Source: an uncultured Pseudomonadota bacterium (GTDB lineage Bacteria; Oederibacteriota; Muellerivitia; Muellerivitales; Muellerivitaceae). From it: DNA of 64,000 nt. Below the pieces are notes generated by a model. It saw only the letters and a program-made list of their open reading frames with translations, searched no databases and had not been told where the DNA came from. Position numbers and translations under genes: made by a program. The stretch covers positions 384,001 through 448,000 of the forward strand of contig CAWIIP010000002.1 of NCBI GenBank assembly GCA_963836235.1. The letters run 5' to 3'. Each line of letters opens with the position of its first letter. Position 1 is the first letter of the stretch. Positions 40,020 through 50,834 of the stretch are shown piece by piece.

Positions 40020-40757
40020 TCAAGGAAAGGTTTGAATGACGCCGTTACTAATATAATAAATACCCGATCCACCGTTGATGTTGGTCGTGGAGGCGATGAA
40101 ATCCGCGCCTTCCGAACAAGGGCTCGTACAAGTATGGGGGAGAATCAGGGGTGAAGCAGCCTCATAACCAGCGCCGGTATAGTCAAAGAAAATGCTGCCG
40201 CTTTGCCATAAAAAAAGGTTTATATTACATCCGTAACCGTTCCAGGAAATACTAGTTCCATCAGTCGAAAAGGTAAGGGAATTAATTGAGTTAAGAAGTA
40301 TGGTCGAGGTCGCGGTCCCAATCGAAGTGACTGTGGTGAGGGTATAGGGACTTCCCACGGTCAAGTTTCCGGTGACACTATTGCTTCCATAAACGGCGTA
40401 TAGGGTTCCACCGGCTGTCCCCGCGATAGTCGAAGAATTACTATAGGTCAAGGGTAGATCGACCCCTGGCCCCGTTAGGGTGACCCCATCAGTCGTTTCC
40501 GGCAGGCAATCAACCGCCAAGGCCAAGGTTGCAGCATATTGGTAAACCGAGTTGACGTTATAGCCTGCCACCCAAGCATATCCCCAGGTAATACCGGTAG
40601 TGCAAGTGATAGGGGAACCTCCATAAGGGGAACAAGTAGGGGTCGCTGTCGGAGCCGTTACAGAAGCGGCCAAAGGGTTCACGTTATAGGTTTTCTGGCA
40701 GGCCAGGGGAGATAAACCAGCCAACAGGATTCCAATAATAAAAATAATTCTTTTCAT
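40020..40757 (-). CDS. Hypothetical lipoprotein
   Basis: MKRIIFIIGILLAGLSPLAC lipobox-like, short TAPTATPT linker, Cys/Thr/Gly-rich beta domain. Confidence 0.7.
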   Translation of the reverse strand: MKRIIFIIGILLAGLSPLACQKTYNVNPLAASVTAPTATPTCSPYGGSPITCTTGITWGYAWVAGYNVNSVYQYAATLALAVDCLPETTDGVTLTGPGVDLPLTYSNSSTIAGTAGGTLYAVYGSNSVTGNLTVGSPYTLTTVTSIGTATSTILLNSINSLTFSTDGTSISWNGYGCNINLFLWQSGSIFFDYTGAGYEAASPLILPHTCTSPCSEGADFIASTTNINGGSGIYYISNGVIQTFP

Positions 40758-40953
40758 AGTTGCCTCAAAATTAAACTCCAAAACATTGGTCGAATTATAC
40801 ATCAGTTTGGGGACCGGCTTGTCCGTGACGGCTCCCTCTTGGACTACTCACAAGCGCCTTTTGATCCCGTCCATAGGCGAAAAGGCCTATAAAAATCTTT
40901 AATGATTTTCATCGAACGATAAAACCAAAAGAGAACTCGGGAGGTCGCCCGCC

Positions 40954-42288
40954 TCAATAATAGGCCATGACGGTGGCTTTAGTGGAGCCGTCCACGTAAG
41001 CGACATATGGAATTCCATTGCTGACGAACAACGATAATCCCGCCGCCGAAGTTGCCGTAAAGTCCGCGGCGCCGACCGTGTTCCAGGTGCTGCCGTTGAA
41101 GCTGACGACGGTAATCTTACTGCCATTGGCGACGTCCTCAAAAGCCACATAGGGTGTGCCGTTGTAGATATAGAGCGATGGAAATCCCGCGCCGGTGGAA
41201 AGGGCGGTGCCGCCGACGATTGACCAGGTACTCCCGTTATAGCTCCAAAGATAGGCTTGGCCCGTGGCGCCGTCCGGGAAGGCCACGTAAGGCGTCCCGT
41301 TGTAAACCGAGAGGGACGTGGTGACATGGGCCCCGCCGGTTGAAAAATCCGCGTTACCCACCGTGACCCACGCGCTTCCGGTGTAATTCATGACCGTCGT
41401 TTTGTAATTATCGCTTCCATCTTGAAAAGCCACATAAGGTTCCCCGTTATATACATAGAGGGATTGAGATTGTGTCGAACTGGAAGAAAAATCAGGGCTG
41501 CCCACCGTGACCCAGGAGGTTCCATCGTAGCTCATAACCGTCATTCGATTACTGGCACAAGAATAATCATTCAAAGCGACATAAGGGGTGCCGCCATCCA
41601 TAAATAATGGATAGGCCACTGTGGAACAGCTCGAAAAGTCCGGGTTACCGACATTGACCCACGCGGCGCCGTTGTACTTCATAACAGTGGGTTGATCGTT
41701 ATTGGTGCCATCCGGAAAAGCCACATAGGGCGTGCCGTTATAAACGCAAACGGAAGCCGATATCGCCGTTCCAGGCGAAAACCCGGCGTTGCCGACATTC
41801 ACCCAGGAACTTCCGACGTAACTCATGACGGTGGCTTTTTCGCCGTTTCCAAGATCCTCGTAACCCACGTAGGGAACGCCGTTGTAAACGCACAGCGACG
41901 GCGGGCATATCATTCCGGCGGAAAAGCCCGCGGGTCCCACTAATTTCCATGACGGCGTGGGACTGTTGGTGGGTGTGTAGGTGATGGTTGGGGAAAGGGT
42001 ATTGGTCGGAGTAAAGGTGATCGTTGGAGTGGCGGTGTTGGTTCGAGTGTTCGTTGGGGTGCTTGTGAAAGTTATTGTCGGCGTATTGGACGGTGTAGGG
42101 GTAAAAGTAAAAGTACAGGTATTTCCCGGATACCCGCAGGGGGTATTGCTGGGCAGGATGGTGAAGGTCGACGTGGGCGCGGGCGGACGCGGGGCGGCAG
42201 GGCCGTCGTTGACGCAAGCGACAGGGAAAAACCAAAGCAGGCATGGAAAGAGTAAGGCGAAACCCGCTAGGCAAATGGTTCGGCGCAT
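40954..42288 (-). CDS. Lipoprotein with Thr/Pro linker and repeat beta-propeller
   Basis: ..FFPVAC lipobox-like; T-x-T linker; about seven repeats of W..VG.A.FS...SL.VYNG.PYVAF.D....TVM.Y.G. Confidence 0.8.
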   Translation of the reverse strand: MRRTICLAGFALLFPCLLWFFPVACVNDGPAAPRPPAPTSTFTILPSNTPCGYPGNTCTFTFTPTPSNTPTITFTSTPTNTRTNTATPTITFTPTNTLSPTITYTPTNSPTPSWKLVGPAGFSAGMICPPSLCVYNGVPYVGYEDLGNGEKATVMSYVGSSWVNVGNAGFSPGTAISASVCVYNGTPYVAFPDGTNNDQPTVMKYNGAAWVNVGNPDFSSCSTVAYPLFMDGGTPYVALNDYSCASNRMTVMSYDGTSWVTVGSPDFSSSSTQSQSLYVYNGEPYVAFQDGSDNYKTTVMNYTGSAWVTVGNADFSTGGAHVTTSLSVYNGTPYVAFPDGATGQAYLWSYNGSTWSIVGGTALSTGAGFPSLYIYNGTPYVAFEDVANGSKITVVSFNGSTWNTVGAADFTATSAAGLSLFVSNGIPYVAYVDGSTKATVMAYY

Positions 42289-42410
42289 AATCCCATCCCT
42301 CTAAATAACAGGCCTCAAATAGTTCGGCTTGATTAGCTTACCACTCCCCCGCTTTAGGGAGGACGGGATTTTACAGGGTTATTGGGCTCTTTTCTCGGGA
42401 CAAAAAGGGT

Positions 42411-42460
42411 CCTCATTCGACGAGCTCATGGCAGGCAGGTTCGGCGGGCTCACCGCAGGC
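42411..42460 (+). repeat. REP-like family copy (tandem, second unit degenerate)
   Basis: CCTCATTCGACGAGCTCATGGCAGGC-AGGTTCGGCGGGCTCACCGCAGGC. Confidence 0.75.
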
Positions 42461-42508
42461 CTTCCTGGACAGAGAAATGAATGATGAATAGCCCCTATCT
42501 TCTTTCGT

Positions 42509-42907
42509 TCATACAGGAGAATCTGGAAATTGCCGCAACCAGTCCTCGGCTTCCTGAAAACTCTGAAAGACCCTGACGGGCATTCCCCGGTTGGTGGCCA
42601 CTGTCTCGCCGAATTTAGAGGGGTCCATCAAAGGAGGGGTCGCCACCACGGCGAACCGGCAGGATGAAAGTTCCCCATTACTCCGGGCGGAAAAATATTT
42701 TTTGGCCCCGGTTTGGCCCATCGTGAAGCGCTGCATGGTGGTGAGGGTTCCCTCGACCTTGCGAAGATCCGCCAGGATCTTGGCGCATTGATGGGTAATG
42801 GCCGTTCCAACCAGCTGTTCCGGAAATTCGGTAGGAAAAGATTCTTCCACGCGGCCCTCGAAGGTTACGAGTAAGAAATCGGGATGGGTTTCGGTCACTG
42901 AGGTCAT
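42509..42907 (-). CDS. Hypothetical SpoIIAA/STAS-SEC14-like protein
   Basis: KILADLR...FGETVATNRG..VRVF.S..EAEDWL pattern. Confidence 0.6.
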   Translation of the reverse strand: MTSVTETHPDFLLVTFEGRVEESFPTEFPEQLVGTAITHQCAKILADLRKVEGTLTTMQRFTMGQTGAKKYFSARSNGELSSCRFAVVATPPLMDPSKFGETVATNRGMPVRVFQSFQEAEDWLRQFPDSPV

Positions 42908-43106
42908 GGGACGGGTAATTTAGAAGATATACAACTTAAAGACAATGCCGCTTCCCGCCGATTCAAAAATAAATAAAATAATTTTGTCAATAATTTTTTC
43001 CGCGCCGCCGATCTCCTTTTTAAAGCGAAGAATGAAATCCGCCGCTCAAAAAAATAAGGAGCTTGCAAATATTTTTTTCAGGGCCGCATTAGCTAATTTA
43101 TTTATT

Positions 43107-43157
43107 TGTCCACGGCGGCCTGCCATGAGCTTGTCGAATGGGTCCCCACCGTGGACA
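43107..43157 (-). repeat. REP-like family, full copy with 9-bp terminal inverted repeats
   Basis: TGTCCACGG-CGGCCTGCCATGAGCTTGTCGAATGGGTCCCCA-CCGTGGACA. Confidence 0.8.
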
Positions 43158-43219
43158 ACAACCTTAAACTTTCGCCTCTCAGACAAACCAGGATCGATAA
43201 ACCGGGTTATTTTTTTCCC

Positions 43220-43672
43220 CTAGACGTTGAATTGGCGAAGATGATGATCCAAGTGTTTGTACTCTAAGATGGCCCACTCCATGGGCGTCAGCGGGCCAAA
43301 ATAGGAATGAGGATGGCTCGTACAGGCCGAGGGCCCCCCCGAAACGAACCGGTCTATAAGCAAACAAAGACGCTTGCTCTCCGCCGCCAGATCGTGCTCG
43401 CCGCTGACGGCCAACTCATCCAACGTAGGCGTGTTACAGCGGAACTCATCATCATTTCCTAAGACCAGGGGCTTAATCACCAAACCTATCAGGCGCCCGA
43501 TCAGCTTGCGGCGCGGCCTGATCTCGCCCAGGGCCATCTCGAGTCCCAAAACGCAATGAGCCATGACTTGGTCCGGACTCCTCTTGCCCCACTGCCGGCC
43601 ACTGTCGGGCTGTAACTTATCAATCCGCCGCTTTATTTGGTCCGCGAGAGCGGCATCGAACAGGTTTTTCAT
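43220..43672 (-). CDS. DUF1569 (DinB-like) protein
   Basis: RIDKLQPDS.RQWGK...QVMAHC...HSYFGPLT..EW...YKHLDHHLRQF. Confidence 0.88.
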   Translation of the reverse strand: MKNLFDAALADQIKRRIDKLQPDSGRQWGKRSPDQVMAHCVLGLEMALGEIRPRRKLIGRLIGLVIKPLVLGNDDEFRCNTPTLDELAVSGEHDLAAESKRLCLLIDRFVSGGPSACTSHPHSYFGPLTPMEWAILEYKHLDHHLRQFNV

Positions 43673-43715
43673 TTGAATGATCTCCGCGAAAGCTTAAATG
43701 CTTTTTATCTTGTCG

Positions 43716-43739
43716 GCTCATGGCAGGCCGCCTTGGACA
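43716..43739 (+). repeat. REP-like family, half copy
   Basis: GCTCATGGCAGGCCGCCTTGGACA, the reverse complement of the left part of 43107-43157 with one mismatch. Confidence 0.7.
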
Positions 43740-43801
43740 ACCGTTCCCGAGAAACTTGCCATTCTTAACAACAGCCAGCTAAACGCGATTTAACGATGCG
43801 C

Positions 43802-44356
43802 TTATTTTTTTGCCGGCTCATAGTAAAGAACTACCGCGCCACTACCAAATGTTTCTGTTTTTAAGAGCTTAAGATCGATCCGGTCACGGATATTCTTAAA
43901 TAGGGGCAGGCCGCTTCCTAAAATAACTGGGTGAACGACAAGCTGTAATTCATCAATTAAGCCAAACTGCGCCAAGGCTGTTATTAAGCTGGGGCTGCCC
44001 GCTAAAATATTTTTACCCGCTTGCTGCTTGAGGTTTAAAACCTCTTCTTTAATGAGTCCCTTTTTTAATATTGAATTTTTCCAGTCAACCTTTTGCAGCG
44101 TGCGGGAAAAAACGATCTTTGAAATATTGTCGATGAGTACCGCGAATTCATCGTCCAGTTTGTCGCCGGTCGGGCTTTTTACCATCGGTGGCCAATAATC
44201 TTCCATCAGTTGATAGGTTATCCTTCCGTACAGAAGGGTGTCCGCAGTGCGCAATAGATCATTAAAAAAGCGCATTCCTTCGTCGCTCGGGACCATCGCT
44301 GTGTGGTCGCAAAACCCGTCTAGTGTCATATTGATGGCCGCGATTAGTTTTCTCAT
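43802..44356 (-). CDS. Dihydrofolate reductase-like (RibD C-terminal) protein
   Basis: MRKLIAAINMTLDG, LLYGRITYQLM, KIVFSRTL, LIDELQLVVHPVILGSGLPLF. Confidence 0.9.
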   Translation of the reverse strand: MRKLIAAINMTLDGFCDHTAMVPSDEGMRFFNDLLRTADTLLYGRITYQLMEDYWPPMVKSPTGDKLDDEFAVLIDNISKIVFSRTLQKVDWKNSILKKGLIKEEVLNLKQQAGKNILAGSPSLITALAQFGLIDELQLVVHPVILGSGLPLFKNIRDRIDLKLLKTETFGSGAVVLYYEPAKK

Positions 44357-44370
44357 GTATTAAGCCCTCC

Positions 44371-44967
44371 TTAAGCTCCAATGGTACCTGTCCTGACTTT
44401 TCCAGCCCGCTTGTAATTGACAATCATCACTCCACTTGGCGTAACAATACTCTCCGTTAATACAAACGCCATCGGAACCACGCCGCCATTGAATAACCTT
44501 TTTCCTTTGCCTAGGGTCAACGGATAAATTTTGAGCCGGAGTTCATCCACTAAATCATTCTTAAGCAACAGCTGAATGAGCTTGCCGCTACCCCAAACTT
44601 GAATGTCGGAACCTTTTGAATTTTTGAGTTTTTTGATATCGCCCAAGCTTTTGAGGAAAACCGATTTTTTCCAATCCGACTTTTTCATGGTCTTGGATAG
44701 GACGTACTTGGTTCCCTCATTGATACCAGGCCAAATGTCCGCGTGTTTAGGCCAGAAGGGGGCCCAAATCTCAAACGTTTTTCTGCCCAAAAGATAATCC
44801 GCCGTTTGTTTCAGCTCTTTTTGTACCACCTTGCCACCAACTTCGTCATCATAAGGCACGACCCAACCGCCATATTTGAACCCCCCCGATGGATCTTCCT
44901 TAGGTCCACCAGGCGCTTGGATGACTCCATCTAATGACATCATTGATAAAACAATTATTTTTCTCAT
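44371..44967 (-). CDS. Dihydrofolate reductase-like (RibD C-terminal) protein
   Basis: SLDGVIQAPGGPKED.SGGFKYGGW, LLGRKTFEIW, QVWGSGKLIQ, LVDELRLKIYP.TLGKGKRLF. Confidence 0.9.
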   Translation of the reverse strand: MRKIIVLSMMSLDGVIQAPGGPKEDPSGGFKYGGWVVPYDDEVGGKVVQKELKQTADYLLGRKTFEIWAPFWPKHADIWPGINEGTKYVLSKTMKKSDWKKSVFLKSLGDIKKLKNSKGSDIQVWGSGKLIQLLLKNDLVDELRLKIYPLTLGKGKRLFNGGVVPMAFVLTESIVTPSGVMIVNYKRAGKVRTGTIGA

Positions 44968-45142
44968 TTAACGACACCTCCCAAAGCTGAATGTCTAAAA
45001 TAATTTTCCTTAATTTCAAGTTAATTTCTAGCCATCTTGCCGAAAGTAAAATTCCAACCGCGAACCGCGAAAGTGGTTCCAAAGTGGATTCCGGTAAGGC
45101 GCAGAGACAGGCGTTCATGGGTTCGCACCCTAGGACTCGGAA

Positions 45143-45672
45143 CTAACGCGGCGCCGGCCGCTCTGACGCTTCCATTGGTTGTTGCATAATGACATCGAGC
45201 GCGACCACGTAGGCGAAAGCGACCGTAAAGAAGTCGATCGTCAAGGCCGTGATATAGGCCGCGGCACTATAGGGGAGGCCGCCTAAAACATAGCCAAGCA
45301 TCGCTAGTGTCACAACGGAGCCCAATACAACGAAGACCGCGAATATCGCGGGCGGTGGTCCTTTACCGACCGTCTTGCGGCGTCGGTACGGATAGGTGAC
45401 CTGAAGAAACAGCATCGGTAGCGCGAAAAGCACACTCGAGATTCGCCAAATCCAATTTTCCGGAATGTCGTAGAGCGCGAAGAGCGCCGGCAGCAGCGCT
45501 GCCGACGTCAATACGAAAATGTGCATCATGACCGTTTTTGAGAGGAATCTATCAAGCAGTGATAATCTCGCTCCAACGGCGGCCGGAGGGTCAACAAGAG
45601 CGCCGAAAACCCCGCGAAGGTGATCATCAGACCGGCCAATGTGTACAAAAAAGTCGCGCCTTTGACTTCCAT
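45143..45672 (-). pseudogene. Small polytopic membrane protein, frameshifted near 45585
   Basis: AGGAGGAG RBS then MEVKGATFLYTLAGLMITFAGFSALLLTLR; the hydrophobic sequence continues only in another frame (AVGARLSLLDRFL...). Confidence 0.65.
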
Positions 45673-45706
45673 TTTTTCTCCTCCTAAAAACCAAGGCGGG
45701 GCTTCG

Positions 45707-46963
45707 CTACCCCGCGTCGGATACCGATCCCGATCCGGCGGCGGCCGATGACCGGGCCATCTTCGGGGACTCGGAGAGCGACATCATGAGGAAAGCCGAT
45801 CCTCCCAGTAACAGCGCGAGGCCGACAAAGGACGGGATGTAAGAGTTATGGAAGGTTCCCCGCAACGCGTCCATCAGGACAATCAGAAGGCCGGATGCCT
45901 GCACGACTATGGCGAAAATCCCGTTGCTCGTACCCTCAGGAGCCGGAAAGGTGATTTCGGCGCCGTATTGATAGGCCACCGGAGTCACGCCTGTGACCGC
46001 GAAGCCCATGACAAAGAAACAAATGACCTCGAATACGAGGCCCCTCCCCAGCACCAAGCCCAGCGTGGCAGGCACCGCCAGAACGACCGCTATGAGCAGC
46101 ACCAGCTTCCGGCGTCCTAAGGCGTCCGAAACCGCGGGAATCACGATACTGCCGACGATTCCGCCCACGAGCAGCAAAGTCGTCAGCAACACGCCCTGAT
46201 CCGTCGTAAGCGAAAGCTCCGTGCCGAGCCCGTCGATCAGCGTGAACACGCCGTTCACGATGCCGCTGGCCAGAAAGAGCGCGAGGGAGAGGATATAGAC
46301 GTTTTTGTTTTTCAGGATTTGCTTCAGGCTGTCCAGTACCAGCGCGCGGACCTCCTCCCCCGGGGGGCTCGCCGACGTCGGGGGTTCCGATTTGGCCAGC
46401 AAGAGGAACAACAAGGAGGACGCCGCCGAGGCAATGCCATAGATGAGTTGCATCCCGGAAAACCCGAAGGCGGAAACCAAACCAGGCCCCAGCGCTTCGC
46501 CCAGCCCGATGCCTAAAAACATGGCGATGAAAATGACGCCCGTAATGGTGGCCCTGTGTTTTTGCGGAAACCAAAGCGCGGCGAATTTGGTGAAGGCGTT
46601 TAAAAGGAAGGGCTGTCCGACCGATATGCCGATCGTTCCCACCACCGCCATCGTATAATTCGTGGGAAACAAGGCGCGAAGCAGTCCGAAAGCTCCCATC
46701 AAGAGGGCGCCGAATCCGACCGCTTTCTTGAACCCATAGGTATCGATCGCCCAGGCCGCCGGAAACGAAACAACGAGATAGATGAGCATGAACAGGTTCG
46801 CCAGAAGATCGATGTCCTCGCGCTTCACACCATAGGCGGTGGCCGCCAGCGTCGCGATAGGCGCGTAACAGATCCACAGCACTTGGACCATGACATTGAT
46901 CAGCATGAATAGAGCTAGCACCACCCATCGATAGGGGTACAACTTGACGCCTTGCTCTTCCAT
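45707..46963 (-). CDS. MFS transporter (FLVCR-like)
   Basis: KLYPYRWVVL, about 12 TM segments, WFPQKHRATITG, SDALGRRK, GAEITFPAPEGTS. Confidence 0.9.
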   Translation of the reverse strand: MEEQGVKLYPYRWVVLALFMLINVMVQVLWICYAPIATLAATAYGVKREDIDLLANLFMLIYLVVSFPAAWAIDTYGFKKAVGFGALLMGAFGLLRALFPTNYTMAVVGTIGISVGQPFLLNAFTKFAALWFPQKHRATITGVIFIAMFLGIGLGEALGPGLVSAFGFSGMQLIYGIASAASSLLFLLLAKSEPPTSASPPGEEVRALVLDSLKQILKNKNVYILSLALFLASGIVNGVFTLIDGLGTELSLTTDQGVLLTTLLLVGGIVGSIVIPAVSDALGRRKLVLLIAVVLAVPATLGLVLGRGLVFEVICFFVMGFAVTGVTPVAYQYGAEITFPAPEGTSNGIFAIVVQASGLLIVLMDALRGTFHNSYIPSFVGLALLLGGSAFLMMSLSESPKMARSSAAAGSGSVSDAG

Positions 46964-47029
46964 AACCCCTCCATTTTGAAATTTGTTTTTAGGTTTGCGT
47001 AGATTTGCGGCTAAAGCTTTTGAGGCCGG

Positions 47030-47184
47030 TTATTCCCACTCAATAGTTCCGGGTGGTTTGCTGGTGATGTACCGATCTTTCCGCAAGAATTCAAGGAGAT
47101 CGGCACTATAACGAGTATTTGTTCCCGCCATTGAGTGTCCGTTTCACTCCCACTCAATAGTTCCAGGGGGTTTGCTGGTGATGT
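47030..47184 (-). repeat. Direct duplication of the guaA 3' end (att-like scar)
   Basis: 47030-47070 and 47144-47184 match at 37 of 41 nt; both encode [12 protein letters not shown]. Confidence 0.9.
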
Positions 47185-48694
47185 CATAAACCACCCGGTT
47201 GATGCCACGAACTTCGTTGATGATGCGGTTGGATATACGGCCAAGGAGATCATAAGGCAGTTTCACCCAATCGGCGGTCATGCCGTCGGTGGAGTGGACC
47301 GCGCGGATGGCGCAGACATGGTCGTAGGTGCGTTCGTCCCCCATGACCCCGACCGTCTTGACGGGAGTCAGCACCGCGAAGGACTGCCAGATGGAATAAT
47401 AAAGGCCTGCCTTTTGGATTTCTTCCGTCACGATCGCGTCGGCCTTACGCAGGATTTCCAGCCTCTCCGCGGTGATCTCGCCCACCACCCGCACCGCCAA
47501 TCCCGGCCCCGGGAAAGGCTGGCGCCAGAGCAATTCCCTGGGGATTCCCAGCTTGGCCCCCAGGGCCCGGACCTCGTCCTTGAAAAGCTCCCGCAGGGGT
47601 TCCACCAGCTTGAACTTCATGTCGTCGGGCAGGCCACCCACGTTATGGTGGCTCTTGATGGTGGCGGAGGGGCCCTTAACCGACACGCTTTCGATGACAT
47701 CGGGATAAAGCGTTCCCTGCGCTAAGAAGTCGAACTCACCCTTTTCTTTCATCAAGTCTCGGGCGGAGCGCTCGAAAACCCGGATGAAGGTCCGGCCGAT
47801 GATCTTGCGCTTTTGTTCGGGTTCGGAAACGCCCTGGAGGGCGTCGAGAAATTCTTTTTCAACGTCGGCGTAATGGAGGTCGATCTTCAGCTTCTTCTTA
47901 AACATCTCCTGCACCTGCTCAGCCTCGCCCATCCGAAGCACCCCGTTATTAACGAAGACGCAGGAAAGCTGGTCTCCCACGGCCCGATGGATGAGGGCGG
48001 CGACCACGGTGGAATCCACCCCGCCGGAGACCCCGCAAAGCACCCGGCCCTTCCCTACTTGTTCCTTGATCAGGCGTACCGCGTCCTTCACGTAGGAGGC
48101 CATGCTCCAGGTCGGCTTGCAGCCGCAGACCTTCCGGGCGAAGTTTTCGAGGATCTTATAGCCCTTGTCGGTATGGACCACCTCGGGATGGAACTGCACC
48201 CCGTAAAGCTTTCGCTTGGGGTCCGCCATGGCAGCGGTGGGGCAGGTGTGGGTGGAGGCGATTTTCTTGAACCCCGGCGGTATTTGGGTGATCTGGTCGC
48301 CGTGGCTCATCCAAACATTGAGGGTGGAGGGGAGGCCAGCGAGAAAACCCTTCTTGTCCTTGATTTTCAAAGAAGCCAAACCAAATTCCCTTTTATGAGC
48401 CTTCACCACTTTCCCACCCAGGGCCTGGCTCATCAACTGGATGCCGTAACAAATGCCGAGAATCGGAACGCCTTGCCGGAAGAGGGACGGGTCCACATGG
48501 GGGGCGTCGGGAGCGTAAACGCTGGCGGGGCCGCCGGAGAGGATGATGCCTTTGGGATTCTTTTCAAGGATTTTCTCCACGGGCGTGGAAAAGGGCAGGA
48601 TCTCGCAATAGACCCCGCCTTCGCGCACCCGCCGGGCGATCAACTGGCTATATTGGGCCCCGAAATCCAAAACGATAATCGTGTCGTGATGCAA
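47144..48694 (-). CDS. guaA: GMP synthase (glutamine-hydrolysing)
   Basis: [63 protein letters not shown]. Confidence 0.98.
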   Translation of the reverse strand: MHHDTIIVLDFGAQYSQLIARRVREGGVYCEILPFSTPVEKILEKNPKGIILSGGPASVYAPDAPHVDPSLFRQGVPILGICYGIQLMSQALGGKVVKAHKREFGLASLKIKDKKGFLAGLPSTLNVWMSHGDQITQIPPGFKKIASTHTCPTAAMADPKRKLYGVQFHPEVVHTDKGYKILENFARKVCGCKPTWSMASYVKDAVRLIKEQVGKGRVLCGVSGGVDSTVVAALIHRAVGDQLSCVFVNNGVLRMGEAEQVQEMFKKKLKIDLHYADVEKEFLDALQGVSEPEQKRKIIGRTFIRVFERSARDLMKEKGEFDFLAQGTLYPDVIESVSVKGPSATIKSHHNVGGLPDDMKFKLVEPLRELFKDEVRALGAKLGIPRELLWRQPFPGPGLAVRVVGEITAERLEILRKADAIVTEEIQKAGLYYSIWQSFAVLTPVKTVGVMGDERTYDHVCAIRAVHSTDGMTADWVKLPYDLLGRISNRIINEVRGINRVVYDITSKPPGTIEWE

Positions 48695-48712
48695 AGGAAG
48701 ACTCCTGAAACC

Positions 48713-48775
48713 AGCTATTAGCGGATGGCGGTTAGCCCTTGGCTAATGGCCAACAGCTAACCGACATCGGCCGCT
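48713..48775. repeat. Palindromic array of nine degenerate heptamers
   Basis: AGCTATT AGCGGAT GGCGGTT AGCCCTT GGCTAAT GGCCAAC AGCTAAC CGACATC GGCCGCT. Confidence 0.75.
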
Positions 48776-48776
48776 T

Positions 48777-49064
48777 TCAATCAAAGTTGCCGTAAAAGCC
48801 CCGTAAAAGATGGGGACGGAGAGCGAAGGCCGGTTTTTCATTCTCATTGAGCTTTTGGGAAGCTTTCTCGGCGGCTTGAAAGTGCTTCAAGGTGTCGTAT
48901 TCGACGTAAATCAGGAAGGTGTCATCGTTGTTGAGGGCCTTTTTTACGTAAGCTCGGATGACTCCTTCGGTCTTTTTTTCTTTTTCAACTTGGCTTTTGA
49001 TAATCTCGGAAGCTTTCCCCTGGTGCCCCTTACGGATGGTCATCACCGCGATAGATACGATCAT
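48777..49064 (-). CDS. ABM (antibiotic biosynthesis monooxygenase-like) ferredoxin-fold protein
   Basis: MIVSIAVMTIRKG...EGVIRAYV...DDTFLIYVEYD..KHF; GGAGG RBS. Confidence 0.65.
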   Translation of the reverse strand: MIVSIAVMTIRKGHQGKASEIIKSQVEKEKKTEGVIRAYVKKALNNDDTFLIYVEYDTLKHFQAAEKASQKLNENEKPAFALRPHLLRGFYGNFD

Positions 49065-49080
49065 AATTCCTCCAATGAAC

Positions 49081-49143
49081 TGCGGTTAGCGGATGGCGGT
49101 TTGCCGTTAGCTATAAGCCAACGGCAAAGCGCTATCGGCTGTT
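49081..49143. repeat. Palindromic array of nine degenerate heptamers
   Basis: TGCGGTT AGCGGAT GGCGGTT TGCCGTT AGCTATA AGCCAAC GGCAAAG CGCTATC GGCTGTT. Confidence 0.75.
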
Positions 49144-50733
<1,590 letters not shown>

Positions 50734-50752
50734 TCAACGTTAAGTGGGCGTT

Positions 50753-50781
50753 AATATAATGATTGGGCCGTGGAGTGTCAA
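50753..50781 (-). promoter_or_regulatory. Sigma-70 promoter of guaB-ABM-guaA
   Basis: TTGACA-N17-TATATT on the minus strand, bracketed by the inverted repeat GGGCGTT (50746) / AACGCCC (50780). Confidence 0.75.
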
Positions 50782-50834
50782 CGCCCGGTATTGGGGCTTA
50801 AAAGTGAAACCATGGCAAAAAAGAAAGCGGCGGG

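Noticed and set aside
39300-47000. Integron-like cassette array of small genes
   Set aside because: No intI and no convincing RYYYAAC...GTTRRRY attC sites; the intergenic repeats are REP-like instead.
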